A DNA stretch of 64,000 nucleotides. Origin: Ginglymostoma cirratum (taxonomy: Eukaryota). Location of the stretch: positions 15,961,819 through 16,025,818 of the forward strand of contig JAHRHZ010000144.1 of assembly GCA_024137785.1 (NCBI GenBank), written 5' to 3'. Below are positions 35,831-49,205 of the stretch, piece after piece. The translations under genes were made by a program, and so were the position numbers. Every line of letters begins with the position of its first letter. The first letter of the stretch is position 1. The notes under the pieces were generated by a model, which was not told where the DNA came from, did no database searches, and saw only the letters and a list, made by a program, of their open reading frames with translations.

Positions 35831-36209
35831 TTCAGTTCTTCTGCAGAGGGTGTAACACGGCATAAAGGATAGGTTGCAGTGTTGTTCCAATGCATTGCAT
35901 TGGTGCCATTCTTTAACCCATTTGAATTGTTTTCTTTAATATCACAACACAGAATTGCTTCTCGCACCAGAAGTGTTTGAGATTGTTGACAGATCGTAAA
36001 ATCACAGCAGTGTGTAATCAATGAACTGCCCATGCACGTTGTGTAGAGCCAACACAATTTCAATTTTTACTGCTTAAAATACCAAGCTGGTCCCTACCCG
36101 ACCCCCACCCCCTCTTCATTTAATTTCCTTGTCCTGATTGAAGTGGGGTTCAAAGCTAGTGTCACAAACATTGAACTTTACAAGATGGTTACATTTAAAA
36201 TTGTGTCAA

Positions 36210-36550
36210 CTTTAGAGGAAAAAGAATATTCTGGATGGTCTGCATTGGCAAGGTCCATTGAGGCGAGGGCATCACTGGAGGTGAGATAGCATCGAAGAGT
36301 GGCAACTTTCATCCCAGTGGCATGGACATGGCGAAGGGGACTCATGCTTGGCCACCAGGCCCATGGCAGAACACTTCACAAGAAGGACTGTAAAGTTGAA
36401 CACTATTTATTTCTTTGTTCTTCTACCTTTATATTCTATGTCCTGGTTTATTTTCAGTGTTTTAAGATAATGCCAGAGTGGCGACACTATGCAACACTTT
36501 TCACTGCATCTTGTAACAAAATAGACATGATAATAAATAAATCAAATCAA
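36210..36550 (+). mobile_element. Unclassified retroposon 3' end with aataaataaatcaaatcaa tail
   Basis: A related minus-strand copy lies at ~52600-52990. Confidence 0.45.
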
Positions 36551-38624
36551 AGGATTGTACAAAACCAAAGTTCAAACTTAGACTGATGTGATTTGGGTTT
36601 CTTTTCCCATTGCAACTAAACTGAAACCTATGGAATATAGGTTTTCACGCCTGGACACAGAAAAGGCCAGCTACTTTTTGGAGACAGAGACAGACGGAGG
36701 AGGAGAGAGAAAAAGGAGTTTCTGCTGTGTAGAGCAGGGTGAACAGCTATGTTAACCAATGAACAGAATGCTTGTAGAAGTTAGTTTTCTGTTCAAAAGG
36801 AAGGGGACAGGGTTGGACTTTGAGATTTAAAGATCAAGAAACTGAATGTTTCCAGGTCTGGAATGACATTGGTGATGGTTAGTCAGTAGGGAAATTATAG
36901 GAAGAGCAGAAAAATTTCTGACATTGTAAAGAAAATGTTCAGTTTTCCACCCAAGGTTTTAATGGTTAGATGGGAATCTCACTGGTGAGTGGAGGGGAGG
37001 CCTATTTACACGCAGTGAAATTACAATTGCACAACCTTTGCTCATTTACATGCAGTTTGCTACTTTACAGACAATGGAGAGGAACTAGATGCTGACAATT
37101 CTCAACATGAAAGTCTAAGCCAATGGCTGGTGCTCACCAGTGTCTTTTCCAGGCTAACATTCCCCAACAGCTCAGGGCATGCTACATGGGCCGTGAGCCT
37201 TGCAACCTTCATTGATGAAGATTGACATCAGTACAGCATCAATCTCACCATATCTTGGCACATTTGGGACTCTCAGTTTGGTACTTCAATATAGCACTTG
37301 GGGTTCACCAACCCCTTTCACTGCAACATTACCACCAAACCACTTTGCAGGGAAGAACAGGGTGCATATCTTAGGGCTGTTAGCTCGCTATTTAAGCAGT
37401 CACTCACTGTGCTTGCTCGGACTGTCACAACAGTGCCTTACAGAAACAGAAAGTCAGGCAGCTTCTCACATTTGGCAACAATATACCATCAAGGAAGACT
37501 GGTCCATCATCAGTCAGGAAAGATAGTGAGGTGAACATTAAGGAGGTGATAGTAGTTTCAGGGGAAATAGAGTAGGCAAGATTCTTTGAGTGAAGATGCT
37601 GAATGCAATATTGAGTGTGGTGGACAGTGAGCCTTGGTGGAAGGTGGATGCAATGAAAGATTTAGGGTGAGTGCGGGGTAGCAGAGAAGGGATGGTGGCT
37701 ATTACGCATGTAGAGCTTTGTAGGCAGCATACTGATGGGGGTGGCCTTTTGAGACCAGGCTGGAAGCGTTTGAGAGTTTTGCTGCTGGCATTAGATATGG
37801 CATCCACAGCATGGAAGAGAGCATTCTGCCACTGTTGAGCACAAGGTAGCAACGAAAGCTGTGTTGTGGAGTCTTGGTGCGTAATTTGAGGTCAGCAGTG
37901 TAAAACTGAGAGAGAAAACGCAGTAGGACTGAGAGAGAAACCCTCCATGAATGTCACTGAAATTAACACCGAGATAATTTTTGGGACAAGTCAGCCCATG
38001 GAGGAACTAAGGTGTGCTTTGTTGATGAAAGACTGCTCTGGAATATCATGGCTGAGTGGAATAATTGTTTTGAAAGGCATCAGGTTTGACCTGGTGTGAC
38101 ACGAAGAGATGAGTCTATTGTAAGCTGGGACTTAATGTGGTATTGCTGCACATCTTTCAGAAGTGTAGTGCATTGGAAATGGGGCTCTAAGTACCATCTT
38201 TATTGCATTAATTAATGTTTGACCTGTGTTGTCCTTCATTTCTTACAGTGAAACATGAAAACCTGTCCTTTGATTATTTCTGTCCCTCACAGGAAATTCA
38301 TCTGTTTTAAATGGTTCTCAGTTTCTATGGTGATTGTAAGACTAATGAAGGGCTTCAATAGCTAAATAAAAAAAGCAAAATTGTTTCCGCCAACAGAACA
38401 GCTGGCACTCTCTACCACTCAATACTGCATACGGAGAGCCAGATACAGACTTAAAGCAGTTGGCAGAAGAATTCAAGGGGGAGATGAGAAAAAATGGTTT
38501 GAGAGTGGGTTGGTGCAATCTGGCAGTTCTGAAAGTTCAGTGTACCAGATTCAACAGTAACTTTCAAAAAGGGAGTTGAACAAATACATCTAAATGAAAA
38601 GGAAAGCAATTGCCAGTTTGGAGA

Positions 38625-38737
38625 CCAAAAGAACCATTGATGCTATTCTGGTCCATTGACTAGAAACGTTAGCTCTGATTTCTCTCCACAGATGCTGCCA
38701 GACCAGCTGCGCTTTTCCAGCGATTTCTATGTTTGCA
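38625..38737 (+). mobile_element. Family 2 Penelope-derived insert, 10-bp TSD
   Basis: agtttggaga at 38615-38624 and 38738-38747; gaaacgttagctctg...cacagatgctgccagacc. Confidence 0.7.
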
Positions 38738-39169
38738 AGTTTGGAGAAAGTCGGTGAGCTGAATTGAAGGCCTCTTTCAGAGAGAGTTAATGCATCCATT
38801 TTGGATGAATAGGCTGATTCTTTGGTGAATCATTTGACAAATCTATGACATGGAAATCTGGTTGAAACTTTGCATCTTAGCCAACATGAAGTACATTAAA
38901 ACTCTGATTGGTCCATGACTGAATGGTTAAAAGAATCCCATGATTGGGGTGCTCAGGCATCCACAAATGTTCAAAAATCAATGACCTATATTGTGTTAAC
39001 CCACAGAATGTGGAGCCTTACCCTTCCAGGGCTTGGGATGGAAAAAATATCCCTGTTCCTGATCCATTTTTGCGCATCGTCCATTGCTCGAACTCACTTG
39101 TAGTTTTAAGACTCACTGATGAAGTGGAATGAATTCTGGGTTGGTCCTCCAGTGCAATAGTGCAGAGTA

Positions 39170-39660
39170 CAGAACTATCGAAAGGGTCATACTTGAAGAG
39201 TGCTGTCCTACACTTTCACTGCACTGAAAGTGTACTACAGTTTCAGATGGTTGGTTCTGAGGGAGCACTACACAATTATTGAGATATTGCTATGCTCTTC
39301 GAGGTGCAGTATTGAGAGAGTGCTGAATTGTTGGAAAATCAAGTTAAGGGAGTACTGCACTGACGGGGGTTTGGTTAATATTGTGGGAGTGATGCACAGC
39401 CAGAGGTTCTGCATTGAGGTGGTGTTGCACTTTGGAGGGTCAGTACTAAACAAACACTGCGCAGTTGAAGTACTAGTGCTAAAGAATTGCCACGGTATTA
39501 GAGGTGCTATATTTTAGTTGAGATTAAACCAAGGCCCCATCTGTGTTCATCCAGCTCCACACCTTGTTATCTCGGATTCTCCAGCATCTGCAGTACCTAT
39601 TATCTCTCCCCCATCTGTCCTCTTATGTGGGATGAAAAGGTCCCATTGTTCAATTTCAAA
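39170..39660 (+). repeat. DeuSINE-like element with an internally amplified ~33-bp unit
   Basis: cagtactgagggagtgctgcactg-like unit repeated about 8-10 times, then ttaaaccaaggccccatctg. The SINE 3' half resumes at ~41385-41560 after a CR1 insertion. Confidence 0.6.
39545..39608 (+). mobile_element. Minimal family 1 insert, 10-bp TSD
   Basis: ccccatctgt at 39535-39544 and 39609-39618. Confidence 0.75.
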
Positions 39661-39667
39661 GCAGGGT

Positions 39668-41355
39668 AGACCATAGACCATAAGATTTAGGAGCAGAGTT
39701 GGGCCATTTGACCTATTCAGTCTACACCACCATTTAATCATGACTGATATGTCTCTCAACCCCATTCACCTGCCTTCTCCCCATAAGCCTTGATTCCCTT
39801 AACAATCAAGAACCTATCTATTTCTGTCTTAAATACACTCAATGACCTGGCCTCCACAGCCTTCTGTGGCAACGACTTCCACAGATTCACCACCCGCAGG
39901 CTGAAGAAATTACTTCTCATTTCAGTTCTAAAGGTCATCCCTTCACTCTGAGGCTGTGCCCTCAGGTCCTAGTCTCTCCTACCAGTGGAAAGATTTCTCC
40001 ACACCCACTCTATCCAGGTTTTCAGTATTGTGTAAGCTTTAATCAAATCCCAAAATCCGCCCTTTGCCTCTTTTACCTTTTAAACAGATGAAAAATTTTG
40101 CAATCTTACTTTATATTACTAGTTAGCTTACTCCCATATTTCATCATTTCCTCCCTTATTGCTGTTTTAGGTATCCTCTGCTGGTTTGTAAAGGCTTCCC
40201 AATCCCCTGGTGTCTAACTAATCCACCATGTTCTATACTTGTCCTTTCATTTTTATGCTGTTCTTGACTTCCCTTGTCAACTATAGTTGCCTCTTCCTTG
40301 GAATGAATTTCTCCTGTGCCTCCCGGATTACCCCCAGAAACTCCTGGCATAGCTGCTCCAGTGTCCTTCCTGTTGGGCAAAGAGTGGTTGAATAGCTTGC
40401 TTGATCACTGGGGGTCAGAAGCACGAGGTGGGATCCGATTGAGGTATATGAAATGCGAAAGAGGATTGATAAGTTGGACAATGAACAGATGGTCCCCCTT
40501 GTAGGACAGTTTGGAAGAAGAGGTCACAGATATCGAGTGAGAGAAGGGAGGTTCAAAACTGAGATGGGGAGTAACTACTTCTCACAGAGGCTTTGTGAAT
40601 CTGTGGAACTCACTGCTCCAGAGTGCAGTGGAGGCAGAAACAATCAACAGATTCGAGACAGAAATAGATATGATTCTGATGAAAGGCAGGGTAAAGGGCT
40701 ATGGGGAGAAGACAGGAAAGTGGAGTTGAGACCAGGGTATGATCAGCGTGATCATGTTAGATGGCAAAGTGGGATCAAAGGGCTGAATTACCTACTCCCG
40801 CTCCTAATTCCTATGTTCCTTTGTTCCTATATGGGCTCACCTTGCAACCTACTCTGGGCAACTCATCCCTCATGTCTTTATAGTTACCTTTACTCAATTG
40901 TAATACTGTTACATCTGATTCCAGCTTCTCCCTCTCGTACTGCAGGTGAATTTTATCATGTTACAGCCACTGTCCGGTAGGGGTTCTTTCACCTGAAGCT
41001 CCCTAATCATTACACATCACCAAATCCAGAATTGCCTGTTCCCTAGTGGGGTCTATCACAAGCTGTTCCAAAAACACTGTCTCAGAGACACTCCACAATT
41101 TACCTTTCTTGAGACCCGCTGCCAAAGTGATTTTCCCAGTCCACCTGCATATTCAAGGTCCCTGTGATTATTGTAATTGTGCCTTTCCTGCATGCGTTTT
41201 CTATCTCCTGATTTATTTTCTTCCCCACATCTTGATTATGGCTAGGAGACCTGTACAAAGTTCCCATTAGGGTCTTTTTCCCTTTGTACTTTCTCAACTC
41301 TATCTGCACAAATTCTATACCTTCCAACTCTATATCACTTCTTGTTACTGGTTTA
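39668..41355 (-). mobile_element. Internally deleted CR1 LINE with an opposite-strand CR1 fragment at ~40375-40830
   Basis: RTEMRSNFFSLRVVNLW (RT end) and GTLYRSP...NMQVDWEN (endonuclease) on the minus strand. Confidence 0.8.
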
Positions 41356-42099
41356 GGTAGGTATGTGTTTTGAACAATATTCAACCAACATCAGTTTGAT
41401 CTGGTCATTACCACATTGCCATTTGTCGAAGCTTGCTGCACACGTGTTGTATTTCTTATGCAACGACAGTGTGTGCAGTTTGAAAAGTGCTTCATTGGTT
41501 GCAAAGTGCTTTGGAATATTCAGAAAACATACGGCTCGAAACACTAGTGTCTCTTTTCTTTCATTTGGGATGAATGAGAGAAGTAAATGGGGAATGCTTC
41601 ACAATGCATCTGCGAAGCATCATGAGTCAGTGATTTTAAAAAAAAGACAAGGAAGGGGTCTGTGTTGGAAAAACAACCCAGTGTGTAAATGCTGAGCTTG
41701 CCATCTATGATCAGAATTCTCCCAAAGAAACCAGACTTGAGTGTCCTGCCAAACCTTTACCCCACCCTCAATCTCACGTTGGGAAGGACAAGAAATGTTA
41801 TTTGACTAGAAAAAGGAAGATCATTCTCTATAATTAGTAATTTGTCGACAAAATTGTGGGGTAGCACAGCTTCACAGCAGGCCATCTAAGAGCTAGGAGG
41901 TCACTAACAACTGCAGTCTAATTAATGGCCTTCCCTAAGGATGAGGCACAGCAGGCTACATCCAATCAGAGGACCAAGGGGCCGCGTAAACACAACAGGA
42001 GATAAAGGAAAACAGAACTCGATCAGCCAAGTAAATTGGACAACAAATCTTCCCACAGACCATGCCTGCATGCAGCTGTGAGCTGCAGGTTTGCTTTTG

Positions 42100-42157
42100 T
42101 GCACACACACATACACACAGACACACACGCACAGACAGATACACACACACACATACG
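42100..42157. repeat. Imperfect (CA)n microsatellite
   Basis: Direct reading. Confidence 0.85.
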
Positions 42158-44029
42158 CAATCTCTGCACATTCAGAATGGCAATTTGCTGTCAAGAAAGG
42201 AAAAAAGAAATCACTGATTAACCGCTGCACCAGGAAATAACAGCACCTTCGGGAGGAGAGGGAGGGAAGGAATTTGCAGCCAACTCAACTGCAGTGACAA
42301 AACTGTGGCTAGCTTCTCCTCAACACTTTGCATCCCACAGAAGGTGATCATTTGTGAAGCTGATGTACTTCGAGTCCAGTGGGAGAGAGCAGGAAATGAT
42401 CTGATGTGGCTTCACCATGTTAACAAATTGGCTCATTAACCTCCTTCTGGGTTTTGGTGTGGGAAATGGGCCAGAGAAGTCACGAGGCCATTCTCATCAC
42501 CATGTCTCAAGCAGTTAATGAGATTAGCAAGATGCACGTAACCTTTGTCAAGTGATGAACTGTCCCCCAAGTGTTTTTCCTAGAAGACAATACTTCTTTG
42601 ATATTACTGCTCTGTGATAAGACAAAGTAGCTGAATTGTGTCTGCTTGCTGACAGAAAACTAATATTTCTGATGTCAGTGAGAAAGAAATGTTACAAAGT
42701 GTCTTTCAGGCCCTCAGAGCATTTGGAAACACTTCACCAAAGAAAATACTTTTAAAGCTCAGTCTCCCTGTAATGTGAAAAAACACAGCAGCCAATGTGC
42801 ATGACCAAACTCATACAAACTGCAATGAAATTAATACAGCAATGAGGCAGAGAACAATCAATTCACACATAGGGCCCATGTACCCTGTGTATAAGATTCC
42901 AGTTAACTGAGCGCTCTGTTTAAACTCTCCACAACAGATCAACTCTCTCAAAGTAATTTCTCTTAACCACTCAAACACTGATAATGTTAATTTTTTCTTT
43001 AGCTCCTTACATATTTTGGAGAAAAATCTTTTCTTGATCAAGACCATTAAAACTCCTTCACAAATTGTATTAGCATTCAAAGCTCCAGTTAAGAACAGTC
43101 TCCAAGCAGAGCTTTCGTATCCCATATTAGACACTTCTTTGTGAATCAATATCCCTTAAAAAGCCCATTACGGGGAATATGAACGTGCATGAACTACACC
43201 GAATGCATATAATCATTGAATCAATTTCATTCAATCACAGTTTGTTAATATGGTTTATTAATAACATTGTCTGTGCCTAGGCATTTACTGTGCCAATTCC
43301 AATGCTTACGGTTTTACTGCTGAAGAGGCAGTGAATGGTAGAGAAATTAAAACCAAAGATATTAATGAGGCAGGGATTAGAGAAACAGAGAGATCTTATT
43401 CAATTTCACTTGGCCCATACGTGTGGCTGATGCCAGCAGTGAACCAATGCTAATTAGATTGAGTCTCAGTAAGTGTCAGTGTATGGAATCTGTACACCTC
43501 TAGGTTAGAATGTATATACTCTGTATCCAAGTGAGAGAAGCCTCAAATCTGTACCCCAGGAACAACCAGTGTGTGTCATGCCCAAATCCCAGTGAGAATC
43601 TGTGTCAGATGAACTATACCTCAATGACATTTGATGACTTCACAATTATGTTGGGAAAAGCAAACAAAATACACAGGAGAAACGGGATTATGATATTACA
43701 ATAATGAGCAATCCACCACTATAAATACTGGGCTATTTCATTTCTGTTGACCTTATGGAAAACAAAGGGCATGCTGCTGATCGCATAATGTTCACTTTTT
43801 TGGCAGAAGCTTTGGATTCTTTCCCACAATCTACATCCTTTTGAATTAAAAGCTTAAAAAAAGTCTAATTTTCACTCTATTCCAGGCATCACACGCGTTG
43901 GACAGAATTACTAGAGAGCTGCTCTTTTTTAAATAATGCCATAAATAATGGGCAGTGGAACTTCAAGTTTCCAATGAGTGCTTACACTGAGGTTCATAAA
44001 TGGCATGTAGCAATTATGCCAAACAAATG

Positions 44030-44670
44030 CTAGTCAATTACCATCTCCAGTGGAGAGAATCTAACCGTCATGCCTTGGCGTTCAATGGTATTGCCATCTG
44101 AATCCCTACAATTTATATCAATTCATCAGAAACTGAACTGAACCAATTAATTAAACACTGGTTACAAGAGCAGGTTGGGGACTTGGAATTTTACAGAGAG
44201 TAACTTGCCTCTAACTCCAAAGCCTGGTCACCATCTACAAGGCCCGAGTCACGAGTGCAACAGATTTCCTGGATGAGTGCAACTACAATGCCAAACAAGA
44301 CAAAAAAAAAGTCTACATAAATTGATACCGGATTCATCATCTTCAACATACACTGCCTCCAGCCCCATAGTGACAGGAGTCTGTCATCTACAAGTTGCAC
44401 TGCAACAACTCATCAAGACTCATGTGACAGCACCTTCTAAATCCTTGATCTCTACCACCTCCTTCAACTTCCTCTCCAAGCCACACACCTTTCCTTCACT
44501 GTCACTGGGTTAAAATCCTGGAACCGCCTTTCTAAAACCAACGTGGGTGCACCTAAATCTCAATGGATTTGAGGAAGTCAAGGAGGTGCATGCTACCATC
44601 TGCAAAGGTAATTATTTAGAGATTAGCAGCAAAAGTTGGCCTTGTCAGAGACAATCATAATCCATGAATA
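44030..44670 (+). mobile_element. Decayed CR1-related retroposon
   Basis: cctggtcaccatctacaaggc...ttccttcactgtcactgggttaaaatcctggaa, matching the minus-strand piece at 23410-23640. Confidence 0.55.
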
Positions 44671-46059
44671 AATTGGAGAAAGAAGTATCTTTGCCATGGG
44701 TGAGGTCTAAGACTTTTACATCTACATGAGATTGAAGGTGTTTTACAAGCAGGTGCTGGTGACATTTCTAAAGCTATTTGGATTTAAACTAAATGGAGGT
44801 ACAATTATTCAAGAGTCTCAGTACTAAACATTGTCAGAGATAAACATCCATTTATTCAGATTACCCATTACCTAAGAAAGTTGTTTTTGGCTGTGTCTGT
44901 TCTGTCTGTGATCCTCTTCTTGATCTAATTTCTCCTAGCAAAACTCTTGCACATGATTATGCTCTCAAAGTGCACTTTAAAAATTTCATTCTCAGCTTCC
45001 ACTGAGGTCGCGTTGCTAAGGAACCAACATAAGAGACTGAGAAGGTGAGAGAGCTCGAAGATACGTCATACTCATCCATTTTTCTGTTATATAGAACCAG
45101 AGAGTTTATTGCTAATTGCACTATCTGGTAATCATTTATAGGGGGAGAGATTGAACTGGACCTTGAAAAGCCTCAATCCCCCAAAAACTCCCAGCCTTAG
45201 AAATAATTAAGGAGACACAACCAACCCATTGACTGACCTCAAGACTGTCACTTCCCAAAAAATAAATTAATGTGGAGCAAAGCTTCGACACAACCAGCTG
45301 CACAAGAGTTAAAATATCACTGAAAAAAATTTGCATCTATATAACACATTTCACCACCACTAACTGTTTCAAAGCACTTTACAGCCATTGAAGCTCAGTC
45401 ATTGTTGTAATGTAGGCAATGTGGTAGCCACATTTTGGAAAGAAAGCTCCTACAATCAGCAATGGAGAACTGCCCACTGGTAAGGAATTTCTGAGGAGCA
45501 GAGGGAATTCTATAAACCCTGGAGAAAACAGCTGCATACAGTTTCTTTGGATGGGGGAGGGGTTGCTGGGAACAGAGGTGTGGGGGAAACTCCATGAAAA
45601 TGCTATCTCACTGTCTTTAGGAAATGGTACCTCACACAGTTTTCATTTGTGCCAATACAGTTTAAATGTGGGTGAGCCGCATATTAATTTCATGTGTCTT
45701 TCTAATGCTAGCAGCTCACCTCCCCCAGCAACCAGAAAAGGCTAACCAATCATTTTATCATCAATACTGTGACCTTTTTAAAAATGTTAGTCACAGCTAG
45801 CATGATGAGGACAGATTAATCTTCCAGATTGCTTGCAACAAATATTCTTTCAAACCATCCTCAAAAATTAGATGTTCCCTTTCTTTGATCAGATTTCTGC
45901 TTCTTTTCTACAAGACTCCTCATTGCATCTCTAATACTCTGAACAATTGATCATTATTGACCCTACATCTCAATAGTAAACGAAAGAAGACAATTCACAT
46001 TTGGAGGGAATCAGAGGAGGGGATGAGGCCTAGCTTGAGGGCACTTGGGAAGAGGTTGC

Positions 46060-46703
46060 TGTTATGGACCAGACCAATCCCCCTCAAAATATATTAAGAA
46101 GGTAGCCTAGGCCCTAACTTTTCCTTTTTTAAAGGCAAATAGGAGGTACTGTATTCCAGATGCAATTCTATTGGTCAAACGAATCAAAGTTAAGCGAAAC
46201 ACAATTTATCCAAACATCATAGTTCAGATATAATAAAAAAAGAGGAACTTGGAAGAACTTAACTCTATTGGAAAACTTAACAGAATAATAGATTATTTTA
46301 CGACTAGACAGTAAGTGTTCCAATATTGTAATATCCCATAAACACCCACCGTTAGCAAAAGGCAAATTCAGAAAACAGAATTGTCTGACATGCAACTCCA
46401 ACAGCCTAGAAGGAAAAACATCCAGAGAAAACCCAAAAAGGGAGTGTAGCAGCTGGGAGAGATTCACTGCCTTCTAATCCTGTTGAGACCCCATTAATAA
46501 CTGCTGCTGAAAAAGCTAAAAATCCTGGTTCTATCGGAGCTTGACACCACCCATTCAGGCTGCTTCTAATGTTCCAACTTTTAAAATAAAAACCCATGGC
46601 CTCACAAGCTGCTTACTCCAGTGGTTTTGATAGACTGCTTGGCACCTCCGTCTTAAAACCTCTCAAAAAAAAAAGGACAGAATAACTTCTTAAAGCCACA
46701 ACA
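46060..46703. mobile_element. Possible solo LTR
   Basis: TGTTATGG...CCACAACA termini (7/8 inverted match), 644 bp. No TSD is visible. Confidence 0.4.
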
Positions 46704-47119
46704 ATGTATTTGTAGGATAAAGACAACACTGGAACTATTGGTGAAGAAACTGATCATAAGAAAAAATGCAGAAAGATTTAGGAAAAAATGTTGGTGGTGG
46801 CTGGGCACAAGGAAGCACTCTGCTCCTCCTGACCCACAGAAGTGCAGGTAGAACACTGACTTGTTCCATTTAGCATTCCAAAATTCTTTGTAGTCACTGA
46901 GTTTTCCATGGATGAAAACCCCAATTGGGCTTGGGTGCATTTGATGCGAGGGGACTGGAGGCCATGTCAGTACAAACAAATGGACATTTACTGGTAGTTT
47001 ATACTACAGGGACGGATGTTAGCAGGACTCACTTAGAACCTTATTTTCAAATTTTACACCTAATGTACCTTTCTACATGGATGCCGCTTTTGCACGGTCA
47101 GCACGTTTGCCTTCATTGC

Positions 47120-47716
47120 TCATTCCTTTAACTGTAGGAGTTGGGAATCATGTTGAGGTTGTACAGGATGTTGGCAAGGCCTCTTCTGGAGTAATGCGTG
47201 CGATTCTAGTTGCCCTGTTGTAGGAAGGATAATGTTAAGCTGGGGAGGGTTCAGAAAAGATTTACCAGGATGTTGCTGGGAATAGAGGGTTTGAGTTATA
47301 AGGATAGTCCGGATAGGTTGAGACATTTATTTTTCACTGAAGCATAGGGGGTTGAGGAGTGACCTTATGAAAGTTTATAAAATCATGAGGGTCATAGATA
47401 AGGTGAATGTCTTTTTCCCCTAGGGTTGGGTATTTCAAGACTAGGGGCCATATTTTTAAAGTGAGAAAAGAAAGACTCAATAAAGGCATGAGGGGCAAAT
47501 CTTTTATACAGAGTGGTTTGTCTGCGGAATGAATTTTTCAGAGGAAGTGGTGGATGCAGTTACAACATTTAAAAGACATTTAGATGAGAACGTGAATAGG
47601 AAAGGGTTGGAGGGATAGGGTGAAGCACAGGCAGCTGGGACTAGTTTAGTTTAGGATTATGGTCAGCATGGACTGGTTGGAGCAAAGTGTCTGTTTCCAT
47701 GCTGTATGACTCTATG
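47120..47716 (+). mobile_element. CR1 LINE 3' fragment
   Basis: Collinear with 25885-26452; ends gctgtatgactctatg. Confidence 0.85.
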
Positions 47717-48673
47717 CCGACCACCAACTTCACTTGAAAAATCACTTAATTTTTTAAAAGTTCATTCACAGAATGAGAGTGTCTCTCGCTTTGTTTTTTA
47801 AAAAAATGGCTAACTACCCTTGTATATGACAAACAAGGAGGAGCAGAGTTGTTCTTTTTTTCCTTAATACCACCTATTTTTCCCCTAATCAACCTGTCCA
47901 GAGATGTTAATACACACCACTGATAGATAGAGGATTTGAACCTAAGCCTCCTGCTCCAGGGGGAGGGACACTATCACTGCACCACAAGACAGCCCTTTCA
48001 AGTTACCTTTTACTGTCCATCCTTAATTGCTCAAAAAGCAATTAAGAGTCAACCACCCTTGCTATGTGTATGGAGTCACATGTAGGTCAGGCCAGGTAAG
48101 GTAGGTCAGGCCACATGTAGGTAAGGATACCCTTTGAGGACATTAACAAACCGAATGGGTTCTTCCAATTGAACTTTCTTCCCTCAGATTCTACCTGTTA
48201 ACATAACACCATTGACCCCAATTGTGTAAAGGAGCATACTGATCTAGTCACTACCATTAGCATAAACACCATCTTAAACCCCAGGATTTTTGCTGGCCAA
48301 GATTAAAGTTGAAATATTGAAATTCCGAGTCCTGGATACCTCATTAATTAACTTGAAATAAGCCAAATAAATCACTGATTTCCAGTGTCTCAGGTTTGAG
48401 AATTGTTATACTTCCACTTCCCACATGACCTAATTCTGCCTGATTTTGGGAACTTAAGTACCTTCCCAGGTCAATCTTATCCTTGTTTAGTATGCTCAAA
48501 CCCCATCTGGCATTGCTAGGTAGCAATGGAGGCCCTCAGTGGATTTGCTGTCTTTCTCAATCAGGGAATTAAAACCTGATTGGAAAACCTAACCTCTCCC
48601 TAGTCTGAAGTCACCTGACTCGTCGTAGGCAACAGTCACAACAAGAATTTGAAATAATGAAGTGCTACCAATG

Positions 48674-49205
48674 TAGAACATAGAACATAGAACAGTACAG
48701 CATAGTACAGGCCCTTCGGCCCACAATGTTGAGCCGAACTTTTACCCTAAACTTAAGGTCTATCTAATCTCCACCCCTACCTTATACTATCATCCATATG
48801 CCTATCTAATAGCTGCTTAAACGCCCTTAATGAGGCCGACTACCCTCTCCAGCAATACATTCCATGCCCTTACCACTCTCTGAGTAAAGAACCTACCTCT
48901 GACATCTCCCCTATATCTACCTCCACTTACTTTAAAAATCTGCCCCCTCGTAATACTTACCTCCACCCTAGGAAAACGTCTCCACCTGTCCATTCTATCT
49001 ATACCACTGATCATTTTCTACACCTCTATCAAGTCACATCTCATCCTTTGTTGTTCTAAAGAGAAAAGCCCTCGCTCTCTCAACCTTTCCTTGTAAGACC
49101 TTCCTTCCATTTCAGACAACATCCTGGTAAATCTCCTCTGCACCTTTTCCAATGCTTCCACACATTTCCTGTAATGAGGCGATCAGAACTAGACCCAATA
49201 CTCCA
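48674..49205 (-). mobile_element. CR1 LINE 3' fragment with (TAGAACA)n tail
   Basis: RGRFFTQRVVRAWNVL on the minus strand; tagaacatagaacatagaaca at 48674. Confidence 0.85.

Noticed and set aside
36586-38345. Second LTR element around 36.6-38.3 kb (and LTR-like pieces at ~16.5 kb and ~52.2 kb)
   Set aside because: Only a compositional resemblance; no paired repeats, PBS/PPT or TSD could be established.
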